Source: an uncultured Alphaproteobacteria bacterium
GTDB lineage: Bacteria; Pseudomonadota; Alphaproteobacteria; Caulobacterales; Parvularculaceae
DNA length: 64,000 bases
Direction: 5' to 3'
Assembly (NCBI GenBank): GCA_942492295.1
Contig: CALODW010000005.1
Coordinates: 1,605,214-1,669,213 of the forward strand
The notes under the pieces were generated by a model, which saw nothing but the letters and a program-made list of their open reading frames with translations, had not been told where the DNA came from and made no database searches. Numbering within the stretch: the first letter of the stretch is position 1; each line of letters opens with the position of its first letter. Position numbers and translations under genes: made by a program. Shown here in pieces: positions 22,224 through 31,427 of the stretch.

Positions 22224-23909
22224 ATGACGAGCTCAGCGCCCGGGCGCCACAATTTTCGCTTGATGATCGTCGTGATCTTCGCCCTGGCCACAGGGCTCGC
22301 AGGTCTTTGGTCCCTGCCGCCCCTTGACCGCGACGAGGCGCGGTTCGCCCAAGCCACCGCCCAGATGCTCGAGACAGGCGATCTCGTCACCATCCGGTTC
22401 CAGGATGCGGAACGGAACAAAAAGCCTGCAGGAATCCATTGGCTACAAGCCGCGAGTGTCGCTGGCCTGTCTCATGTTGAGGCCCGCGCGATCTGGTCTT
22501 ACCGGATTCCATCCCTGGTGGGCGGCGTGCTGGCCGCCATCTTTACCTATCTCGCCGCCGTGAAGCTGTACGATGCGCGTACCGGCCTGCTGGCGGGTTT
22601 GTTGCTCGCCAGCGCACCGGTGGTGGCGGCTGAAAGCACCATCGCAAAAACTGACGGCATGCTGCTGGCGCTCATCTGTCTGGCGCAATTGGCGTTTGTT
22701 CATGTGTACGGCGCACTGGCCGAAAAGAGGCCAGCGGGCTGGAGATGGCCAGCATTGTTCTGGATCGCCCAAGGCGCCGGCGCGCTGATCAAGGGGCCGA
22801 TCGCCCCACTCGTTTCGCTGCTGACGGGGCTCGGGCTGTTCGCAGCGACCCGCCGGATGAGCTGGGTCGCGGCGATGCGGCCGCTCACTGGCACACTCAT
22901 CTTTATACTGATAACGGCGCCGTGGCTGGCGGCGATCGGTGTTGCGACCGAAGGAAGATTTTTCACGGACGCCATCGGCGGCGACATGCTGGGCAAGGTT
23001 GGCGATGCACAAGAAGGACATTCCGGCCCGCCCGGCTATCACACAGTGTTGTTGTGGCTGTTGTTCTGGCCCGCGGCGGCGCTGATCATTCCCGGTCTGT
23101 TGCGAACATGGCGTGAACGGCGCGACTGGCAGGCGAGATTTCTTTTAAGCTGGCTTATTCCCGGATGGATTGTCTTTGAAATCGCGGCGACGAAATTGCC
23201 CCACTACACGATGCCACTTTATCCGGCGCTCGCCATCATGGCGGCGCATGCGGCGGTTAAGGGCGCTAAAGACATTCACTGGCCCCGCCGAATCGGCGCC
23301 TTGGTTTACATCGCTATAGGCTTTGTGGCGGCGGGGTTAATCGCAGCGCTTCCGGTCTATCTGAGCGAGGCGCCCTTAAAGCCTGTTTGTTTCACAGCCG
23401 CCGGACTGGTTGCATTGGCATCGCTCCTCATTGGCGTTCTCTTCTGGCGCGGCCGCGCTTATCACGGCGGTGTCGCCGCAGCCTGTCTCGCTTCACTATT
23501 TGCGTGGATCGTGATGACGGGCGTCCTGCCGCGCCTTTCGGATCTGGCTGTTTCACCACGCCTTTCGACTGCGCTCGAGATAGCTGACTTGCATCCGATC
23601 CGTGACGGCGCCGCGCCAGTCGCCCTTTCGGGCTATAACGAACCGTCAGCGGTCTTTTTGCTTGGAACCCATACAGCCCTCACGACACCGGCATCCGCCG
23701 CACGAATGCTCTTGTCGGGCGAGGTCAGCACTGCCGTGATCGAAGGACGGTTTCAGGCGCCGTTTCTCGCAGCCCTTGGTGATGCGGCTGTGCATCCGCT
23801 TGCGGTCATTGACGGCCTCAACTACTCAAATGGCGATCAGGTTTCACTGACCGTCTATATTCTCCCCGACAGCGGTGACGCGTCCAAGGCTCATGCAGAC
23901 ACCAACTGA
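22224..23909 (+). CDS. ArnT-family (GT83 / PMT_2) integral membrane glycosyltransferase, paralog 1
   Basis: About 12 TM helices. The N-terminal periplasmic-loop motif RDEARFAQ matches the DExRYAE signature of ArnT/GT83 enzymes. Start trimmed from 21936 to the ATG at 22224; the upstream 96 aa are S/T-rich and overlap the divergent GT2 gene. Confidence 0.8.
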   Translation: MTSSAPGRHNFRLMIVVIFALATGLAGLWSLPPLDRDEARFAQATAQMLETGDLVTIRFQDAERNKKPAGIHWLQAASVAGLSHVEARAIWSYRIPSLVGGVLAAIFTYLAAVKLYDARTGLLAGLLLASAPVVAAESTIAKTDGMLLALICLAQLAFVHVYGALAEKRPAGWRWPALFWIAQGAGALIKGPIAPLVSLLTGLGLFAATRRMSWVAAMRPLTGTLIFILITAPWLAAIGVATEGRFFTDAIGGDMLGKVGDAQEGHSGPPGYHTVLLWLLFWPAAALIIPGLLRTWRERRDWQARFLLSWLIPGWIVFEIAATKLPHYTMPLYPALAIMAAHAAVKGAKDIHWPRRIGALVYIAIGFVAAGLIAALPVYLSEAPLKPVCFTAAGLVALASLLIGVLFWRGRAYHGGVAAACLASLFAWIVMTGVLPRLSDLAVSPRLSTALEIADLHPIRDGAAPVALSGYNEPSAVFLLGTHTALTTPASAARMLLSGEVSTAVIEGRFQAPFLAALGDAAVHPLAVIDGLNYSNGDQVSLTVYILPDSGDASKAHADTN

Positions 23910-25374
23910 CAGCGCAGCGTTCGATCCGCCGGTCTGGCGATCATTTTGGGTGATTGCAGCGGCGATCACGCTATTTCGTATTTTTGTACTGATGTTTTCA
24001 CCATCGGACCTTGGTCCTGATGAAGCGCAATACTGGTTCTGGTCGCACGATCTCGCCTATGGATATTTCTCAAAACCACCTTTGATCGCCTGGGCTATCG
24101 CACTCACCACCAGTATTTTCGGAAATGCCGAATGGGCTGTGCGGCTTTCCGCGCCGCTATTTCATCTTGGTACCGCATTTTTTCTGTATTTTACTGCGCA
24201 GAGTCTTTTCGACAAGCGTATCGCCTTTTGGACCGGCATCGGATGGCTGACCATCCCGGGCGCAATACTGTCGTCTTTTATTATCGCCACCGATGCGCCA
24301 TTGTTGTTTTTCTGGTCTGGCGCATTGTTTTTTGTGGCGCGCATTATCAATGCTGATGGCAATGCGGCGATAAATTTCGCCCGGCTTGGCGCCATGATCG
24401 GTCTCGGCCTAATGGCCAAATACGCCATGATCTATTTCATTGTCGCGTTGGGGATCTCGCTGGTATTCCAGCCCCTGCGCAAATCGCTGCTGCGCCCGGA
24501 ATTGCTGCTCACCGCCCTCGTTGCCGCCATCATATTCGCGCCAAATATCATCTGGAACCTCCAGCATGACTTTCAAACCCTTTCCCACACCGCCGCCAAT
24601 GCAAATTGGGGCGCCTCGCTTTTTAAACCCGTCAGTCTCGCCGCGTTTTTGGGCGGGCAGTTTGTGGTGTTCGGCCTCGTGCCTTTCGGCGCACTCGCCT
24701 ACGCGGCATTTCGCTTCGTTCGGGGTAAAAAGCACGATCGAACAATGCTGTTGCTTTTCATCTTCGCGGTGACGCCGTTGCTCATCGTCGCTTCGCAGGC
24801 GTTCATTTCGCGCGCCCATGCGAACTGGGCGGCGGCGGCGTACCCTGCGGCCACGATATTGGTGACGGCGTTCTTATTCCGGCGTGATGCAGGATGGCTC
24901 GCCAAGACGAGCATCGCTGTGCACAGTTTTGCGTTTTTGGTGTTTTCCGTCGGAGTGGTTAATTTAGGTGTTGTCGATCAGCTCGGGCTTTCCGGCGCGG
25001 TTAAAGACATACGCGGATGGGAGGACCAAACCACTGCCATTCTTGGACAAGGCGACGGCTATGACGCGATTGTTATTGACGACCGCTACTTAATCTCGGA
25101 AATGCTCTATTACCAACGCGATGCAGATATAGATATCGTCGCCATCGACCCTAACGCCAATACTGACAATCATTTTGAAGCGTTTGTGGCTTTTGATCCC
25201 GACCGCCACAAAAAAGTGTTGTTTGTGACCACACGCGATGACGCGGCTCATGTGGATTATCGGTTCCGGTCCATCGAGCCCGTCGGCGCCGTGCGTGCAG
25301 AGATCGGCGAAGGTCAATCCCGCCGCTACACGCTGTTTGCGCTTGGAGGATACCACCCACCCGGCGCCAAATGA
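23875..25374 (+). CDS. ArnT-family (GT83 / PMT_2) integral membrane glycosyltransferase, paralog 2
   Basis: Has a PDEAQYW motif, multiple TM helices and a C-terminal soluble domain. It lies in tandem with paralog 1 and overlaps it. An alternative start is at 23893. Confidence 0.8.
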   Translation: MTRPRLMQTPTDSAAFDPPVWRSFWVIAAAITLFRIFVLMFSPSDLGPDEAQYWFWSHDLAYGYFSKPPLIAWAIALTTSIFGNAEWAVRLSAPLFHLGTAFFLYFTAQSLFDKRIAFWTGIGWLTIPGAILSSFIIATDAPLLFFWSGALFFVARIINADGNAAINFARLGAMIGLGLMAKYAMIYFIVALGISLVFQPLRKSLLRPELLLTALVAAIIFAPNIIWNLQHDFQTLSHTAANANWGASLFKPVSLAAFLGGQFVVFGLVPFGALAYAAFRFVRGKKHDRTMLLLFIFAVTPLLIVASQAFISRAHANWAAAAYPAATILVTAFLFRRDAGWLAKTSIAVHSFAFLVFSVGVVNLGVVDQLGLSGAVKDIRGWEDQTTAILGQGDGYDAIVIDDRYLISEMLYYQRDADIDIVAIDPNANTDNHFEAFVAFDPDRHKKVLFVTTRDDAAHVDYRFRSIEPVGAVRAEIGEGQSRRYTLFALGGYHPPGAK

Positions 25375-25401
25375 GCGTCGCCTATGCTGCCGTTTCGTCC
25401 A

Positions 25402-26352
25402 CTACCGCTCCGATTGACGCCGGGATATCGCCCTGGCGCGCCTGGCGCCCCGGCTGCCGGCGCGAACGCGGAAACCAGCCATGCGCATCGCCTTCAACAC
25501 GCTTCGCTTGACGAACAACACGCCAAAGCCCGTCCAAAGTGCGCCGCCGACGAGCCATAAAAACGGCTTGGGATAAGCGCCCGCAAAATGAGTGCCGAAA
25601 TAGCGGATGATCCCCGAAGTCTTCCGCGCTTCAATCTTTACCGGATTGGCGCGGCTCGAGCTTTTGTAATGCAAGACCGCAACATGGGGATTGAAAAAAA
25701 CCTTACCCCCGGCTTTTGCAAAACGCAGGCAAAAGTCGACATCTTCCACATGCAAAAAATACCCTTCGTCCATGCCGCCGACGGCGTTGAAGTCCGCGCG
25801 CGGGAGAAACATCACGGCGCCGGAGATGGTCGGGACTTCCGCCAACTCCGGAGGGCATTCCTCTGCATGCATATTAAAGCGCTGAAAGTAGGGGGGTTGC
25901 GGCGCAAGTTTGTAAAGACGGGTGGCTTCGACAAATGCGCTCCAGGGCGTCAACACCCGCCGTCGCGAGCCTTGTTGCTCAATGCCGTCAGGGCCGACCA
26001 GCTTGGCGCCCATCAACCATGGCCGTTCTAACGCCGCACTATCGGCCAGCATGCGCCGGACGCCGCCCTCGGGCATCACGGCATCGGGGTTTATGATCAA
26101 AAGATAATCGCCCTTCGCCGCTTCTGCGCCGAGGTTACACGCGGCGGCAAAACCGATATTGCCATGGCCGGACAACACCGTAACGGCGGCGCCTTCTTGA
26201 CTGCTCTCGCTGGCGCTTTCAACATCTCCGGGGAAGTTGCCGTTATCGACGAGAATAATTTCACTGATGTCCCGCTCACGGCGCAGCGCATCAAGCGACC
26301 GCACCAGCAGCGGGCCGGTATAATAGCTGACAACAATTGCCGTTACCGTCAT
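25402..26352 (-). CDS. family 2 glycosyltransferase
   Basis: GT-A fold motifs are present (VSYYTG..., a DxD-like HVEDVD). 316 aa. Confidence 0.8.
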   Translation of the reverse strand: MTVTAIVVSYYTGPLLVRSLDALRRERDISEIILVDNGNFPGDVESASESSQEGAAVTVLSGHGNIGFAAACNLGAEAAKGDYLLIINPDAVMPEGGVRRMLADSAALERPWLMGAKLVGPDGIEQQGSRRRVLTPWSAFVEATRLYKLAPQPPYFQRFNMHAEECPPELAEVPTISGAVMFLPRADFNAVGGMDEGYFLHVEDVDFCLRFAKAGGKVFFNPHVAVLHYKSSSRANPVKIEARKTSGIIRYFGTHFAGAYPKPFLWLVGGALWTGFGVLFVKRSVLKAMRMAGFRVRAGSRGARRARAISRRQSER

Positions 26353-27623
26353 CGCTTTTCCAGAGAATGGGTCAGCGCTATGCCGCTAGCCGCAAGCGCC
26401 ATGGCCGCAAGCCGCCACACCTGCCAGAAACTACCCTCCACCGTAACGGAGATCAAAATCGCCGCAAATGCGCCGACGCACGCCGCGCCGACAGCCTTTG
26501 AAAGGCTGGCCCGCAGCAGCGCTGCAAACCCGAAATAGATAAACAGCGCCAGCGCCGCAACGCCGGGAACGCCAAGCTCCAGCCATGATTGCAGGAAAAG
26601 ATTGTGGGGATGCACCGGCATAACCGACAATGGCACGGGTGCGCCGGGCACCTCGATCATCGGCGCCGTCTGCCCCCAATGGCGCGCAAAGTCCGCGCCA
26701 AACCCGAACGGCAGGCCTTGTATCGCTTCAAGGCTCACGGACTTCCAGATCGCCAGCCTGTGCAGCGACGAGGACAACGCCGCCTGCTGGCTTTGTGAAA
26801 AATTTTCACGCACAAAATCATAGATCCCATCAATGGGCGTCAACGCCGCAGCAATGGGAAAAATCAGCAGCGCCGCAATTGCACCCCATCCGGCCAGTTT
26901 GAACATGAACCGCTGATGTTGAAGGGCCAGCATCGCCGCCGCCAGCCCGGCGCCAATCGCCAGAACATTCGCTGCGACATCGTTGGTCATGGCGGCGGCG
27001 GCGCCAAGCGCCAAAACGCCGACGGCGGCGGTTCGCGACCAAATGCGTACAGCGATCGCCGCCGCTGGGAACAGCGCAGGCGTAAGCGCCGTCACGCCGC
27101 GCCCCAGAGCGACCATGTCGCGCGTACCGTCAGGGGACGGATCATGCGGCGGAATAATACCGCGCAGCATGCCACTGGTTACGCCTTCAAACGCCAGAAT
27201 GACCATGCCGCCAACCACCGCCAGCGCAAACGCCTGACCCAATCGCCACGCCCATTCGCGCGAGAGGTTGAGCGAGAACCAAACAATGCTGCCGCCGACA
27301 AGACCCGGCGCCAGCACCCATAAAAACAGACTGTAATGATGTTCCGGCGACCAGAACCCCGACAGAAAGATCCACAAACAAAAGCTCAGCAACGCCACGA
27401 AGCCTGCGAAAACCGGATCTTTCAGGCTTGGGTGATCGAGCAGCTTGCCAATCGCCGCCTGCCAGAAGTCGCCGCGAATGAATGCCGGCAGGCTGGCCAG
27501 CAGCAACCACGGCGCGATACCGCGATGACCGAACACCACAGTGACCGGCAGCAAGAAAAACAGGCCGTAAAACCAGCGGCGGCTCGCCTTGTCACGCTTG
27601 TCTCGCCAGGTTGATCGCATCAA
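26349..27623 (-). CDS. O-antigen ligase-like (Wzy_C / WaaL family) polytopic membrane protein
   Basis: About 10-12 TM helices with a periplasmic loop carrying the conserved HPHNLFLQ motif typical of O-antigen ligase/polymerase proteins. Stop-start coupled to the GT2 at 25402. Confidence 0.7.
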   Translation of the reverse strand: MMRSTWRDKRDKASRRWFYGLFFLLPVTVVFGHRGIAPWLLLASLPAFIRGDFWQAAIGKLLDHPSLKDPVFAGFVALLSFCLWIFLSGFWSPEHHYSLFLWVLAPGLVGGSIVWFSLNLSREWAWRLGQAFALAVVGGMVILAFEGVTSGMLRGIIPPHDPSPDGTRDMVALGRGVTALTPALFPAAAIAVRIWSRTAAVGVLALGAAAAMTNDVAANVLAIGAGLAAAMLALQHQRFMFKLAGWGAIAALLIFPIAAALTPIDGIYDFVRENFSQSQQAALSSSLHRLAIWKSVSLEAIQGLPFGFGADFARHWGQTAPMIEVPGAPVPLSVMPVHPHNLFLQSWLELGVPGVAALALFIYFGFAALLRASLSKAVGAACVGAFAAILISVTVEGSFWQVWRLAAMALAASGIALTHSLEKR

Positions 27624-27629
27624 ATACCG

Positions 27630-29594
27630 CTAAGTGCGTTTTTGATCGGGCGCCAACGCTTCATCTGCGAGGGCCGCGACAGCATCGACAAGCGACATGG
27701 TTTCCTGATCTTTCGAACCGAGGCGCCGCAATGACACCTGCTTTTCCTCCGCCTCACGCGCGCCGACGACAGCGATCACTGGAACTTTCGCGTGCGAGTG
27801 TTCGCGCACCTTGTAGTTGATCTTTTCGCTGCGAATATCGAGATCAACCCGAAGGCCCGCAGCCCGAAATGCTTCCGCCGCCTCCCGCGCATACTCATCC
27901 GCCGCCGATGTGATTGTCGTCACCACAATTTGCACCGGCGTCAACCAGAGCGGCAACCGTCCGGCGTAATGTTCGATGAGCAATCCGATAAATCGCTCGA
28001 ACGTCCCAAACACCGCCCGATGCAGCATCACCGGCCGCTGGCGGGCGCCGCTTTCATCCACATAAGTCGCATCGAGCCGTTCCGGCAGCACGTAATCAAG
28101 CTGATAGGTGCCCGCTTGCCACGTACGGCCGATGGCGTCGGTGAGATGGAATTCAAGCTTCGGCCCGTAAAACGCGCCCTCGCCTTCGGCGATTTCAAAT
28201 TCCAGCCCAGCAGCGGTCAACGCATCGGCGAGCGCTTTTTCGGCGCGATCCCAAGTGGCGTCATCGCCCGCGCGCATTTCCGGCCGGGTCGCCAGCTTAT
28301 AGGCGATGTCGGTCATGCCCATGTCTTTGTAGACGCGTGCAAAAAGATCGAGAAAGCGTTTGGTTTCTTCCGTAATCTGATCTTCCCGGCAGAAAATATG
28401 CGCATCATCCTGCGTCATCTGACGCACGCGCAGCAAACCGTGGAGCGCGCCGTGGGCCTCGTTGCGGTGACAACAGCCAAACTCCGCCATGCGGATCGGC
28501 AAGTCGCGATAGGATTTGATACCCTGTTTGAATATCTGCACATGGGCCGGGCAGTTCATCGGCTTTAACGCCATCAAATCGCCCTCACCCGTCAGTACCG
28601 GCGCTTCGTCTTCCGTAGACGGAATTTCGTCAGGCACAACGAACATATTTTCACGGAACTTGCCCCAGTGACCGGACATCTCCCATAGCTTCGCGTCCAG
28701 CAGCTGCGGGCTTTTGACCTCTTCATACCCGTCTGCATCAAGCTGCCGGCGGATGTAAGCTTCAAGCTGGCGCCAGATCAAAAACCCCTTGGCGTGCCAG
28801 AATACAGACCCCTGCGCCTCTTGCTGGAAATGGAACAGATCCATTTCCTTGCCGAGCTTGCGGTGATCGCGCTTTTCCGCTTCTTCAAGGCGCGTCAGAT
28901 AGGCTTTCAAATCCTTCTCATTCGTCCAGGCGGTGCCGTAAATGCGCTGCAACACCGCATTTCGGTGATCGCCGCGCCAATAGGCGCCTGCCAGTTTCAT
29001 CAGTTTGAACGCCTTACCGATATGCTTCGTAGACGGAAGGTGTGGCCCCCGGCAGAGGTCATGCCAGTCGCCATGGAAATAAATCTTTATATCTTCGCCT
29101 TCCGGCAAATCCTCAATGATCTCGGCTTTGTAATGCTCGCCAATCTCTTTGAAATGCGCGATGGCTTTATCGCGCGCCCAGACTTCTTTCCGGGTCGGCC
29201 GGTCTTCTTCGACGATCTGGTTCATGCGCTTTTCGATGGCGGCGAGATCATCCGATGAAAATGGTTCATCGCGGGCGAAATCATAAAAGAACCCGTCTTC
29301 GATGTTCGGGCCGATGGTGACTTGCGTACCCGGAAATAATTCCTGCACCGCCTGCGCCATCAAATGCGCCGTGTCATGGCGGATAATGTCGAGCGCATCT
29401 TCATGCTCGCGGGTGACGATCTCCACCGAGGCGTCCGTGTCGATTTCCCCGAAAAGATCGCGCACCTCCCCATCGACCTTCACCGCCAGCGCCTTTTTGG
29501 CGAGGGATTTGGAGATATTCTCGGCGATGGCGGTCCCCGTCACGGCCCCGTCAAACTGGCGTACGGATCCGTCGGGAAGAGTAATGGCGACCAT
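27630..29594 (-). CDS. thrS: threonine--tRNA ligase
   Basis: 654 aa with an N-terminal TGS domain, a class II core and an anticodon-binding domain. The sequence is unambiguously ThrRS. Confidence 0.97.
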   Translation of the reverse strand: MVAITLPDGSVRQFDGAVTGTAIAENISKSLAKKALAVKVDGEVRDLFGEIDTDASVEIVTREHEDALDIIRHDTAHLMAQAVQELFPGTQVTIGPNIEDGFFYDFARDEPFSSDDLAAIEKRMNQIVEEDRPTRKEVWARDKAIAHFKEIGEHYKAEIIEDLPEGEDIKIYFHGDWHDLCRGPHLPSTKHIGKAFKLMKLAGAYWRGDHRNAVLQRIYGTAWTNEKDLKAYLTRLEEAEKRDHRKLGKEMDLFHFQQEAQGSVFWHAKGFLIWRQLEAYIRRQLDADGYEEVKSPQLLDAKLWEMSGHWGKFRENMFVVPDEIPSTEDEAPVLTGEGDLMALKPMNCPAHVQIFKQGIKSYRDLPIRMAEFGCCHRNEAHGALHGLLRVRQMTQDDAHIFCREDQITEETKRFLDLFARVYKDMGMTDIAYKLATRPEMRAGDDATWDRAEKALADALTAAGLEFEIAEGEGAFYGPKLEFHLTDAIGRTWQAGTYQLDYVLPERLDATYVDESGARQRPVMLHRAVFGTFERFIGLLIEHYAGRLPLWLTPVQIVVTTITSAADEYAREAAEAFRAAGLRVDLDIRSEKINYKVREHSHAKVPVIAVVGAREAEEKQVSLRRLGSKDQETMSLVDAVAALADEALAPDQKRT

Positions 29595-29628
29595 GAGTTT
29601 CTAATTTCGTTTCTTGCAAAGCGTTTGG

Positions 29629-30474
29629 TTAAAGGCGTTCGGCGAGCGCGGCGGCGAGCCGGTCCGCGCCCTCAGGGCAATAGGTGAAAAAGAGTTCCGG
29701 CTCAATGAGTTCGACTTCCATAAGCTGCAACCTCCCGTCAAGGAGAATGCCGTCAATTCGTGCGTAGAGTGGCGGTTCCGGGAGCAACGTAAGGATTTGG
29801 CGCGCAGCATCGACGGCCCAATCGGGAGGCGACGCCAGCTCGGTGACGCCGCCAAATTCAGCCTGACAGCGGATTTCGCCGGATTTCGGCCGCTTGGTCA
29901 CCGCATGGCTGTAAGCGCCATCGAAGAAAATGAGGGATGTTTCGCCAACATTCGTGATCTCGGGCACGAGCGCCTGAACGAGTCCCGGCATGGCCATTTT
30001 TTCCGCCGCCGCTGCAATCCCGGCGGGATCCGAACGGGCCACCGCCGACAGGCCGCTCGCCGTTGCGCCATATTCCGGCTTCACCACCGCCTCAGCGAGT
30101 TCCAGCGCATCCATGGCGGCCGTAATCGCCGCAGCGTTTGGCTCAACCAACTGTAGCGGCGGCATGGCGACGCCCGCTTGCGCCAGTTCCACAAGATACC
30201 GTTTCGACATATTCCACCGCATCAGCGCCGGGACATTGAAAACCCCGGCGGCGCCCAACCCATCCAGCCATGACGCAAATGCCTGCGGCGCCTTTTGGTA
30301 ATCCCAGGTGGAGCGGATGATGATGGCGTCAGCCTCGATGAACGCCGCCTGATCGCCATTCCACGGGGCGGCGCTCACGGAGACCCCGCGCGCACAAAGC
30401 GCCGCCGCTAACACCGCATCACTTGGCTGCAAGTGAGGCTGCTCGAGGCAAGTAGCAATTGTGATCTGCTTCAT
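29629..30474 (-). CDS. ATP-grasp domain protein (RimK / glutathione synthetase-like)
   Basis: ATP-grasp-like organisation, about 280 aa. Start trimmed to the ATG at 30474 (MKQITIATC). Substrate unknown. Confidence 0.65.
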   Translation of the reverse strand: MKQITIATCLEQPHLQPSDAVLAAALCARGVSVSAAPWNGDQAAFIEADAIIIRSTWDYQKAPQAFASWLDGLGAAGVFNVPALMRWNMSKRYLVELAQAGVAMPPLQLVEPNAAAITAAMDALELAEAVVKPEYGATASGLSAVARSDPAGIAAAAEKMAMPGLVQALVPEITNVGETSLIFFDGAYSHAVTKRPKSGEIRCQAEFGGVTELASPPDWAVDAARQILTLLPEPPLYARIDGILLDGRLQLMEVELIEPELFFTYCPEGADRLAAALAERL

Positions 30475-30682
30475 CTGTGTGTCCAAATTCAAGGCCGCAA
30501 CGATAGCGGGCTTTGCCTGCGTCGCAATTCAAACACCGCGGCGAAAAGAATTTGGCGCCGACGGGTGGACATCCGTACAGGCGCCTTTATAAGCCGCCGC
30601 CGGTTTTCATTGTTTCGTTGGGGTTTTTCCGCCCCGCGGGCGCAGGCGGCCCTGCCGATTTCTGTGTTCCACGATGAAGGCT

Positions 30683-30754
30683 TGAACGATAGCCAAACGG
30701 TAAGGCACTCGATTTAGGTTCGGGCATTTGGTGGTTCGAATCCACCTCGTTTCC
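30683..30754 (+). other. tRNA-like element (72 nt). It folds as a cloverleaf with a canonical T-arm GGTGG-TTCGAAT-CCACC, but has a 3-bp D-stem, a T1:C72 mismatch, no CCA, and an anticodon loop reading TAG without the long variable arm a Leu tRNA needs. Probably a tRNA pseudogene or remnant.
   Basis: The cloverleaf was folded by hand. The acceptor is tgaacga/tcgtttc (6 of 7 pairs), the anticodon stem is ctcga/tcggg, and the loop is tttaggt. It abuts the 5' end of tRNA-Asp. Confidence 0.25.
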
Positions 30755-30829
30755 TTGGATAGCTCAGTTGGTTAGAGCACTAGCCTGTCACGCTAGCTGT
30801 CGCGGGTTCAATTCCCGCTCCAGACACCA
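30753..30829 (+). tRNA. tRNA-Asp (anticodon GTC), CCA encoded. The first two acceptor positions (C1, C2) do not pair with A71, C72.
   Basis: Matches bacterial tRNA-Asp throughout: D-arm GCTCAGTTGGTTAGAGC, anticodon arm CTAGC-CTGTCAC-GCTAG, T-arm GCGGG-TTCAATT-CCCGC, acceptor 3' TCCAGAC-A-CCA. A fully paired acceptor would read GTCTGGA at the 5' end, but CCTTGGA is observed. Confidence 0.8.
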
Positions 30830-31427
30830 CGGTCTTGAAAACCGTTTCAGATGACGGGAAGGCCGGACACTTTCAGCCCAAAGGGCGCGCCAACGGCTTC
30901 GGCTGGCGGCAAACTCTGCGGGCGCCTGAAGACAGACTTCGCGCCGGTGCGGATACCGGCGATGGTCAAAGGCGAGAAGCCACGCGGGATACGATCGGGC
31001 CACGGTCCTGTCGCAAGCGCAAGCGCCAAACGCCGGAGACCACCGCCTCAAGCGCTGGCCCGTCTCGTTCTGCGGGGAATTTGTCCGGCTGACCCTTTTC
31101 ACCTCAACGCATCAGCACTCCATCACACGAACTGCCAAATTTTTATTCGATCTTTTTTCCATTTTCTCTTTACACAGAAGAATGAAGCGCCTACATGGCG
31201 CGTCCTTTCGTCGGCGCAGGGTCGGCGATATTTAACAGAGCCTGATTTGAACGCTGGCGATCTACATATGCAGTTGATGAGACGATCTCACGTCGCACAA
31301 CCGGCGCCGCTACGGCTCTGTTTCCCTATGAAATAGAGCCTTTAAGGCTCAGGTTCGCCGTCCGGACCGTCTGATCAGCGCTACAAAGGCGCAAAGTTAA
31401 AATCAGGCGAGACAAGGAGGCGAAGCG

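Noticed and set aside
30683-30754. Possibility that the T-arm-like element is a piece of a two-piece (permuted) alphaproteobacterial tmRNA
   Set aside because: There is no alanine-type acceptor (no G3:U70 context), no CCA, and no tag-peptide reading frame (ANDN...AA) within 600 nt downstream. tRNA-Asp follows immediately.
30851-31336. 161-aa ORF in the non-coding stretch after tRNA-Asp
   Set aside because: Arg/Pro-rich with no RBS and unconvincing coding periodicity. Treated as non-coding.
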